Shown one piece after another: positions 47,818 to 57,977 of a DNA stretch of 64,000 nucleotides. The notes below the pieces were generated by a model. That model did not search any database. It saw nothing but the letters and a program-made list of their open reading frames with translations, and had not been told where the DNA came from. The stretch is from assembly GCA_038141925.1 (NCBI GenBank), contig JAYQJB010000002.1, positions 291,568 to 355,567 on the forward strand. The letters run 5' to 3'. This DNA comes from Gammaproteobacteria bacterium (GTDB taxonomy: Bacteria > Pseudomonadota > Gammaproteobacteria > Magnimaribacterales > AG-339-G14). How positions within the stretch are numbered: the stretch's first letter is position 1; each line of letters opens with the position of its first letter. The translations under genes and the position numbers were made by a program.

Positions 47818-50038
47818 AGAGAAAAGCCTAAGTATTGGCGGCTTTGCAGAGAAAGCCTATCTCGATTACTCCATGTACGTAATCTTAGATAGGGCACTTC
47901 CTTTTATTGGAGATGGTTTAAAACCAGTCCAACGAAGAATAATTTATGCGATGTCCGAAATAGGATTGAAATCTACTTCCAAGTTTAAGAAAAGTGCAAG
48001 AACCGTCGGTGAGGTGATAGGTAAATTTCATCCTCACGGAGACAATGCCGCCTATGAGGCAATGGTCTTAATGGCACAGAATTTCTCTACTAGGTATCCC
48101 TTGATTGAAGGACAGGGAAATTGGGGTTCTCTTGATGATCCAAAGAGTTTCGCTGCAGTAAGGTATACAGAGTGTAGGCTTTCAGCCTACGCACAAGTAT
48201 TGCTCTCGGAATTGTCTCAAGGGACAGTAGATTGGGGTCCAAATTTTGATGGTACTTTGATCGAGCCAAGATTTTTATCATCAAGAATTCCAAATGTTTT
48301 ACTCAACGGTGCTTCTGGTATTGCAGTTGGTATGGCAACAGATATTCCACCGCATAATTTAAATGAAGTTGTAGATGCAACAATTGCCCTTATTGACTCT
48401 CCTAAACTTTCTGTAAAAGAGCTGTTAAAAATTATTCCAGCCCCTGACTTTCCAACCAAAGCAGAAATTATTTCAACACCTGAAGAACTTCTGGAAATGT
48501 ATCAGACCGGAAGAGGAGCAGTTAAGTTAAGAGCAACATATGAAATAGAAAATGGCGAGGTTGTCATTACAGCTCTTCCATATCAAGTTTCAACAACAAG
48601 GATTCTAGAACAGATTGCCGCACAAATTGATTCAAAAAAAATGAATCTAATAGAAGATCTTAGAGATGAGAGCGATGGTGAAAATCCCGTAAGAATTATT
48701 GTCGTGCCTAGATCGAATAGGGTTGATAAAGATGCCTTGATGAGTCATCTCTTTGCTACAACAGATTTACAAAAGAACGTCAGAGTTAATCTAAATGTGA
48801 TTGGTTTAAGCGGAAGGCCAAAAGTTTTTGATTTGAGAGAAATTCTAAAAGAATGGATAACTTTTAGAACACAAACCGTCAAAAGGAGACTGCAACATAG
48901 ATTAGATTGGCTCAACGATAGATTGCATATTCTTGAAGGTTTGATGATTGCTTATCTAAATTTAGATGAGGTAATTAAAATAATCAGAACTCATGACGAT
49001 CCAAAAAAACAATTAATCAAAAAATTTAAACTCACTGAAATTCAGGCAAACGCCATTCTTGTTATTCGCTTGCGCCAACTCGCAAAGCTTGAAGAACAAG
49101 GCATCATTGAAGAAAGGGATTCATTAAAAGCAGAAGCAAAGGAAATTGAAAAAATTCTTAATTCTGCATCTCGCTTAAAAACTCTTATTAAAAAAGAATT
49201 AAAAGAAGATCAGGAAGAATTTGGCGATGAAAGAAACAGCATGCTTGCCGAGGCTGAAGAAGCGAAAGCTTTTGATGAAAAGGAACTCATTTCAAACGAC
49301 CCAATGACTGTGGTTCTATCAGAAAAAGGTTGGATTCGGGCAGCCAAAGGACATGATGTGGATGTAGAAGGCTTGCAATACAGAGAGGGAGATTCTTATT
49401 TATCTTCATCTTTTGCAAGAAACAGCCAAAATGCTGTTCTATTGGATAATTTTGGCAAAGCCTATACTTTACCTATTCATCAATTGCCATCTGCGCGAGG
49501 CCAAGGCGATCCAGTTTCGGGAAAGATTAATGCTCAATCCGGAGCAACTTTTCCCGGTGTGATTGCAGGATCGGAGGAAACCTTAGCTGTGTTAGCGTCT
49601 AATTTAGGCTATGGTTTTGTGGTTAAGTTGGGAGACCTGCAAACAAAAAACAAATCCGGTAAAGCGGCTTTGAATGCGAAGAATGCTAAGCCAATCACAC
49701 CTAAGATTCTTTCAGCAGTTGAGGAAAATTACATTGCCTCTATTACTCAAGAAGGCAAAATGTTAATTATCGAAGCAGGCGAATTACCAATTTTAGGAAA
49801 AGGTAAGGGAAATAAAATCATTTCAATTGATAAAAAGAAGTTTGAAGCTAAAGAAGACCAGCTCATGTATTTGGTAACTTTCAAAAAAGGAGAGTCCATA
49901 AAACTTTACAGTGGCAAACAACATTTTGTTATCAAACCGAACGATTTAGAAAATTTTCTAGGAAATCGAGGTAGAAAAGGAAACTTCTTACCTAAAGGTT
50001 ATCGCAAGGTTGATAAAGTCGAAGTAATCTCTGAGTAA
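47810..50038 (+). CDS. parC: DNA topoisomerase IV subunit A
   Basis: 742 aa; [27 protein letters not shown] and catalytic AAVRYTE region. Confidence 0.9.
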   Translation: MSKEKSLSIGGFAEKAYLDYSMYVILDRALPFIGDGLKPVQRRIIYAMSEIGLKSTSKFKKSARTVGEVIGKFHPHGDNAAYEAMVLMAQNFSTRYPLIEGQGNWGSLDDPKSFAAVRYTECRLSAYAQVLLSELSQGTVDWGPNFDGTLIEPRFLSSRIPNVLLNGASGIAVGMATDIPPHNLNEVVDATIALIDSPKLSVKELLKIIPAPDFPTKAEIISTPEELLEMYQTGRGAVKLRATYEIENGEVVITALPYQVSTTRILEQIAAQIDSKKMNLIEDLRDESDGENPVRIIVVPRSNRVDKDALMSHLFATTDLQKNVRVNLNVIGLSGRPKVFDLREILKEWITFRTQTVKRRLQHRLDWLNDRLHILEGLMIAYLNLDEVIKIIRTHDDPKKQLIKKFKLTEIQANAILVIRLRQLAKLEEQGIIEERDSLKAEAKEIEKILNSASRLKTLIKKELKEDQEEFGDERNSMLAEAEEAKAFDEKELISNDPMTVVLSEKGWIRAAKGHDVDVEGLQYREGDSYLSSSFARNSQNAVLLDNFGKAYTLPIHQLPSARGQGDPVSGKINAQSGATFPGVIAGSEETLAVLASNLGYGFVVKLGDLQTKNKSGKAALNAKNAKPITPKILSAVEENYIASITQEGKMLIIEAGELPILGKGKGNKIISIDKKKFEAKEDQLMYLVTFKKGESIKLYSGKQHFVIKPNDLENFLGNRGRKGNFLPKGYRKVDKVEVISE

Positions 50039-51232
50039 TCACTTCAAAGCTTTGACAGCTTTTTCAAATCTTTTAAAACCTTCTTCAATCTCATTGTCTG
50101 AAATAATTAACGAAGGGGCGATTCTAATTGTTTTTTCTCCAGCAGCTTGGACTAATATCAATCCTTTTTTATAGCAGGCATCAATAAAGTCTTTTGCTTT
50201 TATTTTTTTAAAGTCGCAACAGATCCATAGGCCGGCTGATCTTACATCTTCAAATAAATCAAACTTTTCAGATAATTTATTTAATTGTTCATGAAAGATG
50301 AATGTTTTTTTCATAACACCTTTTAAAACTTTTTGAGAAGAGACTATTTCTACAACTTTCTTAGCAACTTCGCAGGCAAGAGGATTGCCTCCAAAGGTAC
50401 TGCCATGAGTGCCTGGTTGAAAAGCTTTAGCAATTTTTCCGGTCGTTAAAGTTGCCCCAATTGGTATTCCTCCACCAAGGCCTTTTGCCAGAGTGGAAAT
50501 ATCGGGCTTAACACCATAACCCATATAGGCCATTAAAGTTCCTGTTCTACCTATACCACTTTGAACTTCATCAAATATCAATAGACAGTCTTTTTCATTA
50601 GCTAATTTTCTTAGACCCTCTAAGAAGGGATTTTCTGCTCTGATTATTCCTGACTCTCCTAGAATAGGTTCCACAAAAATAGCAGCGGTTTTTTTGGAAA
50701 TAGTTTTTTTGACGGAGTTAAGATCATTAAATTTTGCTCTCTTGAATCCTTGCAGAAGAGGACCAAAACCTGTTTTTTGGAATGTCGAATCACCGGCGGT
50801 TATATTCAACATTGATCTGCCATGAAAAGCATTCGTAAAAACAATGATTTCATGTTTTTCTGGTTTGCCTTGGTCAAAATAATATTTTCTGGCTAATTTA
50901 ATTGCCGCTTCATTTGCTTCATTTCCAGAATTGGAAAAAAATACCTAATCGGCAAATGTTTTATCAGCAAGCATTCTGCTTAGCTCTAATGCTGGTTTGT
51001 TGTACAAATAATTACTCACATGCCAAAGCTTTGAAGATTGTTCTTTCAAAACTTTATTGAGTTGTGGATGAGAATGACCAAGACAAGTAACGGCAATACC
51101 TCCACCAAAGTCGATGTAGTCTTTACCTTGTTCGTCCCACAGAACTGACTTTTTGTCCCTGACAGGAATAAATGCTGCTGGAGCATAATTTGGCATCAGG
51201 GAAGTTCTATTTATAGAATTAATCTTTGTCAT
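50039..51232 (-). pseudogene. argD: Acetylornithine/succinylornithine-type class III aminotransferase (ArgD-like) interrupted by one in-frame TAG
   Basis: ORFs 50945-51232 and 50039-50812 and the stretch between them are all in one frame: ...LADKTFAD-TAG-VFFSNSGNEANEAAIKLARKYY...; the TAG (50945-50947) sits where E. coli ArgD has Arg in FADRVFF. Confidence 0.75.
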
Positions 51233-51293
51233 TTTTTGCTATTGATTATTGAAAATATCATAATCTGAACAGTTTTTTTCATAAAAAGGTATT

Positions 51294-51782
51294 TTGTTAA
51301 TGGTTATAACTGAACAAATTGATAATGGATATAGATTATCTTTGATGCCAAATAGTTCAATTTCTTGGCAGGGTAGTTTGTTATTTTTAGCGCTGATTTC
51401 CTTTCCGATATCCATTATCGGCATAACTTTCTTTTTTTATGGAGCCCCAATTATTCTTCCCTTTGCTGGCTTGGAAATTTTAATCGTAGGGACAGCTCTT
51501 TATGTTGTTTTTAAGAAAAGTTCAAAGAAGGAAGTCATAACGCTAACTAAAGAGAAATTAACAATTGAAAAGGGTCGCTTCAGACCGGATTCAGTTTCAG
51601 AATTCATCAGAGAATGGTCATATGTTTTTGTTGAAAAACCTTCTCACCATTGGTATCCAATTAAAATTGTCATATCTTCCAAGGGAGAAAAAATTCCTGT
51701 CGGGAATTTTTTAACCGAAGAAGAAAAAAAAGAATTTGTCAGCAGTTTGGAAGAAATTATAAGCGAATATCGAGTGGACTAA
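51294..51782 (+). CDS. DUF2244-like two-TM membrane protein
   Basis: 162 aa; N-terminal region with two hydrophobic helices followed by a soluble domain; family assignment from memory of the architecture only. Confidence 0.45.
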   Translation: MLMVITEQIDNGYRLSLMPNSSISWQGSLLFLALISFPISIIGITFFFYGAPIILPFAGLEILIVGTALYVVFKKSSKKEVITLTKEKLTIEKGRFRPDSVSEFIREWSYVFVEKPSHHWYPIKIVISSKGEKIPVGNFLTEEEKKEFVSSLEEIISEYRVD

Positions 51783-51783
51783 A

Positions 51784-52971
51784 CTACTTAGCTCTCTGGT
51801 TGAAACGTCTGCCAATCATTGCTGAAGCAATATTTACTTTTTGAACATCAATTGTTCCGCCAGCAATTCCCCAACCAAAAGAATCTCTGACACGTCTTTC
51901 CATTTTGTATTCTTTGTTGAATCCGTAACCGCCCATAAGCTGCATCGCGTTCGTTGTGACCTCCCTTGAGATTTCATTGGCAAAACATTTTGCTGTACTT
52001 GATTCCAATATATCTGGCAAACCATTGGCAGCATTGAAGACTGCACGGTGAATCAAAAGTCTAGACGCTTCTACTCGAATAAGCATGTCAGCAAGTTTGA
52101 TTTGAACTGCTTGAAAATCAACCAACTGCTTACCAAATTGCTCCCTTTCTTGAACATATTCTTTGACATAGTCTAAAGCTGCTGCTGCTTGAGATAAAGC
52201 CATTGTTGCATTCCCACATCTTTCTAAGTCAAAGGTTTCCATTAATTTTTTGAACCCATCTTCGGGCTCAACCAATAAGTTATCTATTGGAACCTCTACG
52301 TTATCGAAGTAGATGTCTGCTGAAGGTATTCCACGCCAACCCATCAAGCTCTCACTATTTCCAAAGGTCAGTCCCGGTGTATCGATATCAACAAAAACAG
52401 CACCAATACCTTTTGCAGCAGGGGCGTCAGACATACGGGCATAAACCACATAACCATCTGAATGACCGGCACCTGAACACCAACGTTTGGTTCCATTGAT
52501 TACGATTTTGTCTCCTTTGATTTCAGCTTTTGTTTTTAAATCGGTTAAACCGGTTCCAGCATTAGGTTCTGACATACTAACAGCTACCACCATCTCACCT
52601 TTACAAACTTTGGGAATCACTCTTTGCTTTAGTGCATCCGATCCAAAATGTTCAATGACTTTTACAGGGCCTGCATTTGCTTCAAATACTGGCCAACCAA
52701 CTGCAGAAGATATCTTTCCAAATTCTTCAAGAACTATGATGGCATCAAGATTGGAGAGGCCAAGTCCACCATACTCCATTGGTGTATTGATTCCTAAAAA
52801 GCCCAGTTCACCAATTTTTTTTAGCACATCCTTTGGCACAGGATTTGCTGACTCTTCCATTTCATCAGCCAATGCTGTTAATTCCTTTTGAGCAAAATCT
52901 CTTGCGACTTTTTGCAACTCTAATTGTTCTGCAGTTAATTTAAAATCCATAATGAAAGGATAATTATACAC
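51784..52971 (-). CDS. Acyl-CoA dehydrogenase family protein
   Basis: 395 aa; three-domain ACAD pattern (MSEPNAGT, GTKRWCSGAG, catalytic-base region GGYGFNKEY). Confidence 0.8.
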   Translation of the reverse strand: MYNYPFIMDFKLTAEQLELQKVARDFAQKELTALADEMEESANPVPKDVLKKIGELGFLGINTPMEYGGLGLSNLDAIIVLEEFGKISSAVGWPVFEANAGPVKVIEHFGSDALKQRVIPKVCKGEMVVAVSMSEPNAGTGLTDLKTKAEIKGDKIVINGTKRWCSGAGHSDGYVVYARMSDAPAAKGIGAVFVDIDTPGLTFGNSESLMGWRGIPSADIYFDNVEVPIDNLLVEPEDGFKKLMETFDLERCGNATMALSQAAAALDYVKEYVQEREQFGKQLVDFQAVQIKLADMLIRVEASRLLIHRAVFNAANGLPDILESSTAKCFANEISREVTTNAMQLMGGYGFNKEYKMERRVRDSFGWGIAGGTIDVQKVNIASAMIGRRFNQRAK

Positions 52972-52991
52972 ATTGAGTTAAAATCATCATC

Positions 52992-53408
52992 ATGGAGTCA
53001 AAAAAATTTTCTATCCCTAAAGGTTACGAAACCCTTAATCAAACCGAGGACCACATTGCGAATATCGGTCAAGGTTTTTACAAAAGAAATGAAACAGGAG
53101 ATTTGATAATGGCTTTTTGGGTAAGACCTGAAAACGGAAATTCTGGTGGAGTTGCTCATGGAGGGATGTTGATGAGTATTGCAGACTACTGTTTGTGTTC
53201 TGTTGCGATGGAATCAAAAGAAAATTATGCAGCAACCATAAGTTTCAGATCGGAATTTGTAGCTCCTGCAAAGGTTGGCTCCTTGGTAGAAATATTTACT
53301 ACGATTACAAAAGAGACAAGAAGTCTTGCTTTTGGACAAGGCTACATTGAATGTGAAGGGGAAATTGTTTTTAGTTTTTCTGGAATAGTAAAAAAGATAA
53401 AGAAATAA
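52992..53408 (+). CDS. PaaI-type hotdog-fold thioesterase
   Basis: 138 aa; GGVAHGGMLMSIADY motif characteristic of PaaI/YigI-type thioesterases. Confidence 0.65.
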   Translation: MESKKFSIPKGYETLNQTEDHIANIGQGFYKRNETGDLIMAFWVRPENGNSGGVAHGGMLMSIADYCLCSVAMESKENYAATISFRSEFVAPAKVGSLVEIFTTITKETRSLAFGQGYIECEGEIVFSFSGIVKKIKK

Positions 53409-53409
53409 A

Positions 53410-54654
53410 CTAATTTAATTTCTTTTTTACTTTTATCTTTTTTAGTTCAGCAACATCAGGAAGGCCATTTACATATTTTATTGGTGCCTCTCCTTTTATC
53501 AGGGGACTTAAATATGTTTTTCCCGCTTGAGTAATTTCAAAACCATTTTTAGAAATAAATTTTTTAGGCATAGTTTTTTCAATATTAGCCACATTTTTAA
53601 GAGGCGCAGTTGCTATTTTCCATTTATAGGGCGAATCATTTGTTCTTTTGATAATTGGCATTAAAGCTGTCTTTCCAGAAATAGCTAGTTTCACTGCATG
53701 TTCTCCTACAGCATAAGCCTGATCTAGATCGGTTTTTGATGCTATGTGTCTAGCTGAGCGTTGTAAATAATCTGCTACTGCCCAGTGATTTTTTAATCCA
53801 ATCTTGGAAATCATTCCAGCTAAAACAGGAGCCACTCCTCCAAGCTGTTTGTGACCAAAAGCATCCGTTAATCCTGAGTCTGCTAAAAACTTACCATTTT
53901 TTGCTTGAGTACCTTCTGAGGCAACAATGACACAATAGCCTTGCTCTTTTATGGTTTGTTTGACCTGAGTAATAAATTTAGTTTTCTCAAAAGGCACTTC
54001 AGGAAGCAAAATAATGTGAGGCGGATCACCTGCTTTAGTTGCAGCTAAACAGGATGCGGCTGCAATCCATCCTGCATGTCTTCCCATGACTTCCAAAATG
54101 AAAACTTTCGTTGATGTTTCAGCCATGCTTTTGACGTCAAGTCCAGCTTCTAAAGTTGAGGTGGCAATGTATTTTGCAACTGAACCGAAGCCTGGTGAGC
54201 AGTCTGTATAGGGCAAATCATTATCAACTGTTTTTGGTATCCCAATGCATTTCAATGGAAACTTAAGTTTTTTTGCCATTTCAGATACCTTAAAAGTAGT
54301 ATCCTGACTGTCTCCTCCGCCGTTATAAAAAAAATATTCGATATCATGCGCAGCAAAAACTTCAAACAATCTCTCATATTCTTTCCTTTGCTTTATTGGA
54401 TCCTGTAATTTAAATCTGCAAGAACCAAATGCTCCACCTGGAGTTTGTTTCAGTTTTGCGATACTCGATTTAGATTCTTTTGAAGTGTCTATAAGTTCTT
54501 CATTTAAAGCACCAAGGATGCCATTCTCCCCAGCAAGTACCTTGTGAATTTTTTTCGATTTATTTACAGTCTCAATGACACCACATGCAGACGCATTTAT
54601 TACAGCTGTTACTCCGCCTGATTGAGCATAGAAGGCGTTTTTAACTTTTGTCAT
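53410..54654 (-). CDS. Long-form PfkA-family phosphofructokinase (phosphoryl donor uncertain; possibly PPi-dependent)
   Basis: 414 aa; YAQSGGVTAVINA, NGGGDSQDT (equivalent of GGDGS), IPKTVDNDL, EVMGRHAGW. Confidence 0.75.
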   Translation of the reverse strand: MTKVKNAFYAQSGGVTAVINASACGVIETVNKSKKIHKVLAGENGILGALNEELIDTSKESKSSIAKLKQTPGGAFGSCRFKLQDPIKQRKEYERLFEVFAAHDIEYFFYNGGGDSQDTTFKVSEMAKKLKFPLKCIGIPKTVDNDLPYTDCSPGFGSVAKYIATSTLEAGLDVKSMAETSTKVFILEVMGRHAGWIAAASCLAATKAGDPPHIILLPEVPFEKTKFITQVKQTIKEQGYCVIVASEGTQAKNGKFLADSGLTDAFGHKQLGGVAPVLAGMISKIGLKNHWAVADYLQRSARHIASKTDLDQAYAVGEHAVKLAISGKTALMPIIKRTNDSPYKWKIATAPLKNVANIEKTMPKKFISKNGFEITQAGKTYLSPLIKGEAPIKYVNGLPDVAELKKIKVKKKLN

Positions 54655-54706
54655 TGAGGCAATATAACTGAAAAAAGGTTTTGTGGGAAAAGGATATAAT
54701 CATCAG

Positions 54707-56049
54707 ATGAAAATATATGTTTTAGGTATTTGCGGAACTTTTATGGGCGGACTTGCACAGTTGGCAGCAGAAAAAGGCATTAAAGTTTCTGGCTGTGACG
54801 AGAATGTATATCCTCCCATGGACCAAGTCTTACTTTCAAATGGTATAATGATTGACGAAGGATACAATCCAAAAAATTTGCCCAAAGATGTTGATTTGGT
54901 TGTTGTGGGAAATGTTATAGCGCGTGGTAACCCCATGATCGAAGAAATACTTAATAAAGGTATAGACTTCATTTCTGGTCCAGAGTTTTTATCCAAATAC
55001 TTATTAGCCAAAAGGCATGTAGTTGCTATAAGCGGAACACACGGTAAAACTTCTGTATCCTCAATGGTTACAAAAGTACTTCTAGATAATGGAGTAGATT
55101 GTGGTTACTTAATTGCTGGAAGAGCGAAAGATTTAGCTGCGACTGCTTCATTAGGAACTCATGAGTTTTTTGTCATAGAGGCTGACGAGTATGACACCGC
55201 TTTTTTTGATAAAAGATCGAAATTCATTCACTATCATCCTAAAACTCTTCTAATCAACAATCTTGAGTTTGATCATGCTGATATTTTTAGCAGCTTAAGT
55301 GATATAAAAAAGCAATTTCATCATCTATTGAGATTGATGTCTTCCAAATCAACATTAATTTTTCCTGAGCATAACATCAATATTAAAAATGTTATGAAAA
55401 TGGGTTTTTACAGTCAAAGCCTTCCTTTCAATACCAAATTTGCCAGAGGCTGGCATGCCAAGAAAGTTACGGCAGATTCCTCAAAATTTGATATTTTTAA
55501 GGACAAAAAGAAAAAAGCATCAATAAGTTGGTCGTCTATTGGTGAGCATAGTCTACAAAATGGATTAGCCAGTTACTTGGTTTGCAAATCCTTAGGCTTG
55601 AAATCAAACGATATTGCAAAGTCACTCTCGAAGTTTAAAGGAGTAACAAGAAGAATGGATTTGGTTGGAGATAAAAGCAGCGTCAAAGTTTACGACGACT
55701 TTGCACACCATCCGACTGCTATTAAATACACTCTGGAGGGCTTAAGAAAAAAGTTGGAAGTGAGAAGATAATTTGCCTTTTGGAAATGCGATCTAATACG
55801 ATGCTTTCAGGATATCATGACAAAAAAATTCCAAAGGCCGTTGCTTCAGCCGATCAAGTCTTTATCTTTTCAAAAGATAAGAAGCAAATCTCTGCTCTAG
55901 AGAGCGGAAGTAAGAATATTGAAGCATGTTCCACTACACAAGAATTTTTGAGAAAGCTTTCTAGCTTAGATTTAGACAATACCCACTTGATTTGTTTATC
56001 TAATGGTTCATTTGATGGCATCCATCAAGCCATTTTAGAAAGAATTTAA
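54707..56049 (+). CDS. mpl: UDP-N-acetylmuramate:L-Ala-gamma-D-Glu-meso-DAP ligase (murein peptide ligase); frameshifted
   Basis: MKIYVLGICGTFMGGLA start and GTHGKTS P-loop. After the A6 run 55747-55752 the shifted frame reads KKVGSEKIICLLEMRSNTM and joins ORF 55780-56049. Confidence 0.85.
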
Positions 56050-57350
56050 TCTAAATTAATCCAACTTCCGTGAAATCCAAAAGGTACCCTTTGAGGTAAG
56101 GTTACTCTGGCTAGCGGCGCATCTGAAAAATTTTGAGCATCCAAAATAACAAAATCACTTAAATCAGTTGTTTTGTCATAAACAAATCCGACTACAAAAC
56201 CGTCATCTTCTGATTTAGCATTTTTCTTAGGAATAAAAACCGGCTCAGCAGCTTGGCAACTCTTGCCAAAATCATGAGCAATGGTTTCACTTTTTTCAAA
56301 ATCATGTTTGAAATAGTTGTTGAGTCTTCCATCATTGAGCAAGTATCCAAAACGATGTTGTTTGCCATCAAAATCTGGATGAACTCTGGAAAATTCCATA
56401 GGCCTATCGTCTAACATTTCTTCGGAACATGTTTTAGTTTTTGGATCTAGAATCCATCTTGTTAGAAAAGGTTTTTGTCCCATGGGAAGAGGATTATCAA
56501 AATCAAACAGTCTTTCGTATCGACAAAAGTCTAAGACAACTTGGCCGTTGTCATCTTCATACGAATTAACTATGTGAAATAGAAATCCTGGATTTACCTC
56601 TATCCAGATAATTTCATCAGTTTTTTTATATTGTAATCCTACTCTCGAAGTATGTTTGTCATTCCAGACAACTGGATAATCTCAACCAATGGGATTATTG
56701 TCATCGTCTCTTCTACCAAGATTAAAGGTCACAGGAAGATCAAAAATAAGAACATAATTTTTGGTAATAGCACAATCATGAACCATGGGTCTGCTTGGTG
56801 TTTCAATGACTTGATCTTTAATGAGTTTGCCGTTGCTATCTATAGTTACATAATGAACTTGGCCTAATCCATTTACGTATTCCCCAAAATCGTAACTCAC
56901 AGCATGCATTTCACCAGTATCTGAATCAATTTTTGGATGAGCAGTAAATCTTTTATTATCTGCTGCTGGAAAAGGTTCTTCTTCAAGAAAATTCATCTCA
57001 GAGTCCATAATTACTGGAGATACTCCTCCCTCGACTAAGGCATAAATTTTTTCGCCGTGTTTAAGCACATGAGTATTGGGACCAAAACCAAAAGGCGAGG
57101 TCACAAATTTATTTTTATACCAAAGAGCCTTTCCATCTTCTACTCTTATGCCATGAATCATTCCGTCACCAAAAAAAGGATGATAATTTTCATGATTTAT
57201 TGGTTCTTTTGGGTTAGGTCCATTTCTGAGAAATAGACCTGATAGTTCTCTAGGTAATTCACCTGTAATTTTTAATTCTGTTGTAGATGTTTCTTCTACG
57301 GGATACCAGTTTCCAGATAAAAATTTATTTTTACTTTCTCTTTTAGTCAT
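56046..57350 (-). pseudogene. Carotenoid cleavage oxygenase (RPE65/CCO) family protein interrupted by one in-frame TGA
   Basis: Single frame across 56046-57350: ...RRDDDNNPIG-TGA-DYPVVWNDKHTSRVG.... All four Fe-ligand His contexts are present (FTAHPKID, PMVHDCAIT, FLFHIVNS, GFHGSW). TGA at 56682-56684. Confidence 0.8.
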
Positions 57351-57942
57351 TTTTTTTATCCTCTCTTAAGTTCATTGGATCTTTATATACGGTATAAATT
57401 GTTATGACAAGAATGAATCCAATTAAGAAATAATTAAAATATTCTATAAATGCAACACCCAAAAAGTAGCCACTTAAGACATACAAAGAAGTCCATATTG
57501 GCGCAGATAAAATAGTCACAGGAAAAAAAACTCTTTTATTCATTCCCAAAGAACCTGCTGTAAAGGGCACTACGCATCTTAATGGACCAAAAAACCTTCC
57601 TAGCGCGACACTTAAAACTCCATATTTGCCCATAAACTTTTGAGCCTGTTTTATATAGCCATGATAATTATCAGGTACCCAATCGTAGAGTTTGTTTCCA
57701 ACTAATATGCCCAAGCCATAGCTGACAGAATCTCCAGCAACCATTCCCATAGTTGCGTAAAAAGTTATCTCAAAAGGACTTATTCCGACTGTTGCCGCAA
57801 GCGCTCCAACACCAGGAACAATTAACGTAGCTGGTGTAAACAAACCTGCAATGAAGAGGGACTCAATAAAAATCAATGCGAAAATAGTCCAATTCACCCA
57901 ATCAGGATTTGTCTCTAAAAAAGAAAGGATAGAATCGAACAT
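57343..57942 (-). CDS. DedA-family membrane protein
   Basis: 199-aa polytopic protein; GRFFGPLRCVVPFTAG matches the DedA/SNARE-associated signature region. Confidence 0.7.
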   Translation of the reverse strand: MFDSILSFLETNPDWVNWTIFALIFIESLFIAGLFTPATLIVPGVGALAATVGISPFEITFYATMGMVAGDSVSYGLGILVGNKLYDWVPDNYHGYIKQAQKFMGKYGVLSVALGRFFGPLRCVVPFTAGSLGMNKRVFFPVTILSAPIWTSLYVLSGYFLGVAFIEYFNYFLIGFILVITIYTVYKDPMNLREDKKND

Positions 57943-57977
57943 AGGCAGATAATTAAATTATTGCAATAATACAGTAC

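Noticed and set aside
52487-52891. Long antisense ORFs inside conserved genes (for example 52487-52891, 23528-23848, 22678-23019, 46257-46598, 28901-29227)
   Set aside because: Each lies opposite a gene with strong family motifs. They have low-complexity or Ser/Phe/Leu-rich translations typical of shadow ORFs in AT-rich genomes.
56640-56681. SECIS-like hairpin downstream of the TGA in the oxygenase gene (GUUGUC ... GACAAAC, starting 9 nt after the UGA)
   Set aside because: It is only a 6-bp AU-rich stem with a bulge, which is easily found by chance in AT-rich sequence. No Sec machinery is visible in the window. CCO enzymes are not known selenoproteins.
50945-56684. Genome-wide stop-codon reassignment (TAG or TGA read as sense) as an explanation for the in-frame stops in argD and the carotenoid oxygenase
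   Set aside because: The same codons terminate conserved proteins at their expected C-termini in this window. TGA ends argH at 21637-21639 and rodA at 63112-63114. TAG ends the repaired pgk at 28757-28759. Only one internal instance of each codon is seen.
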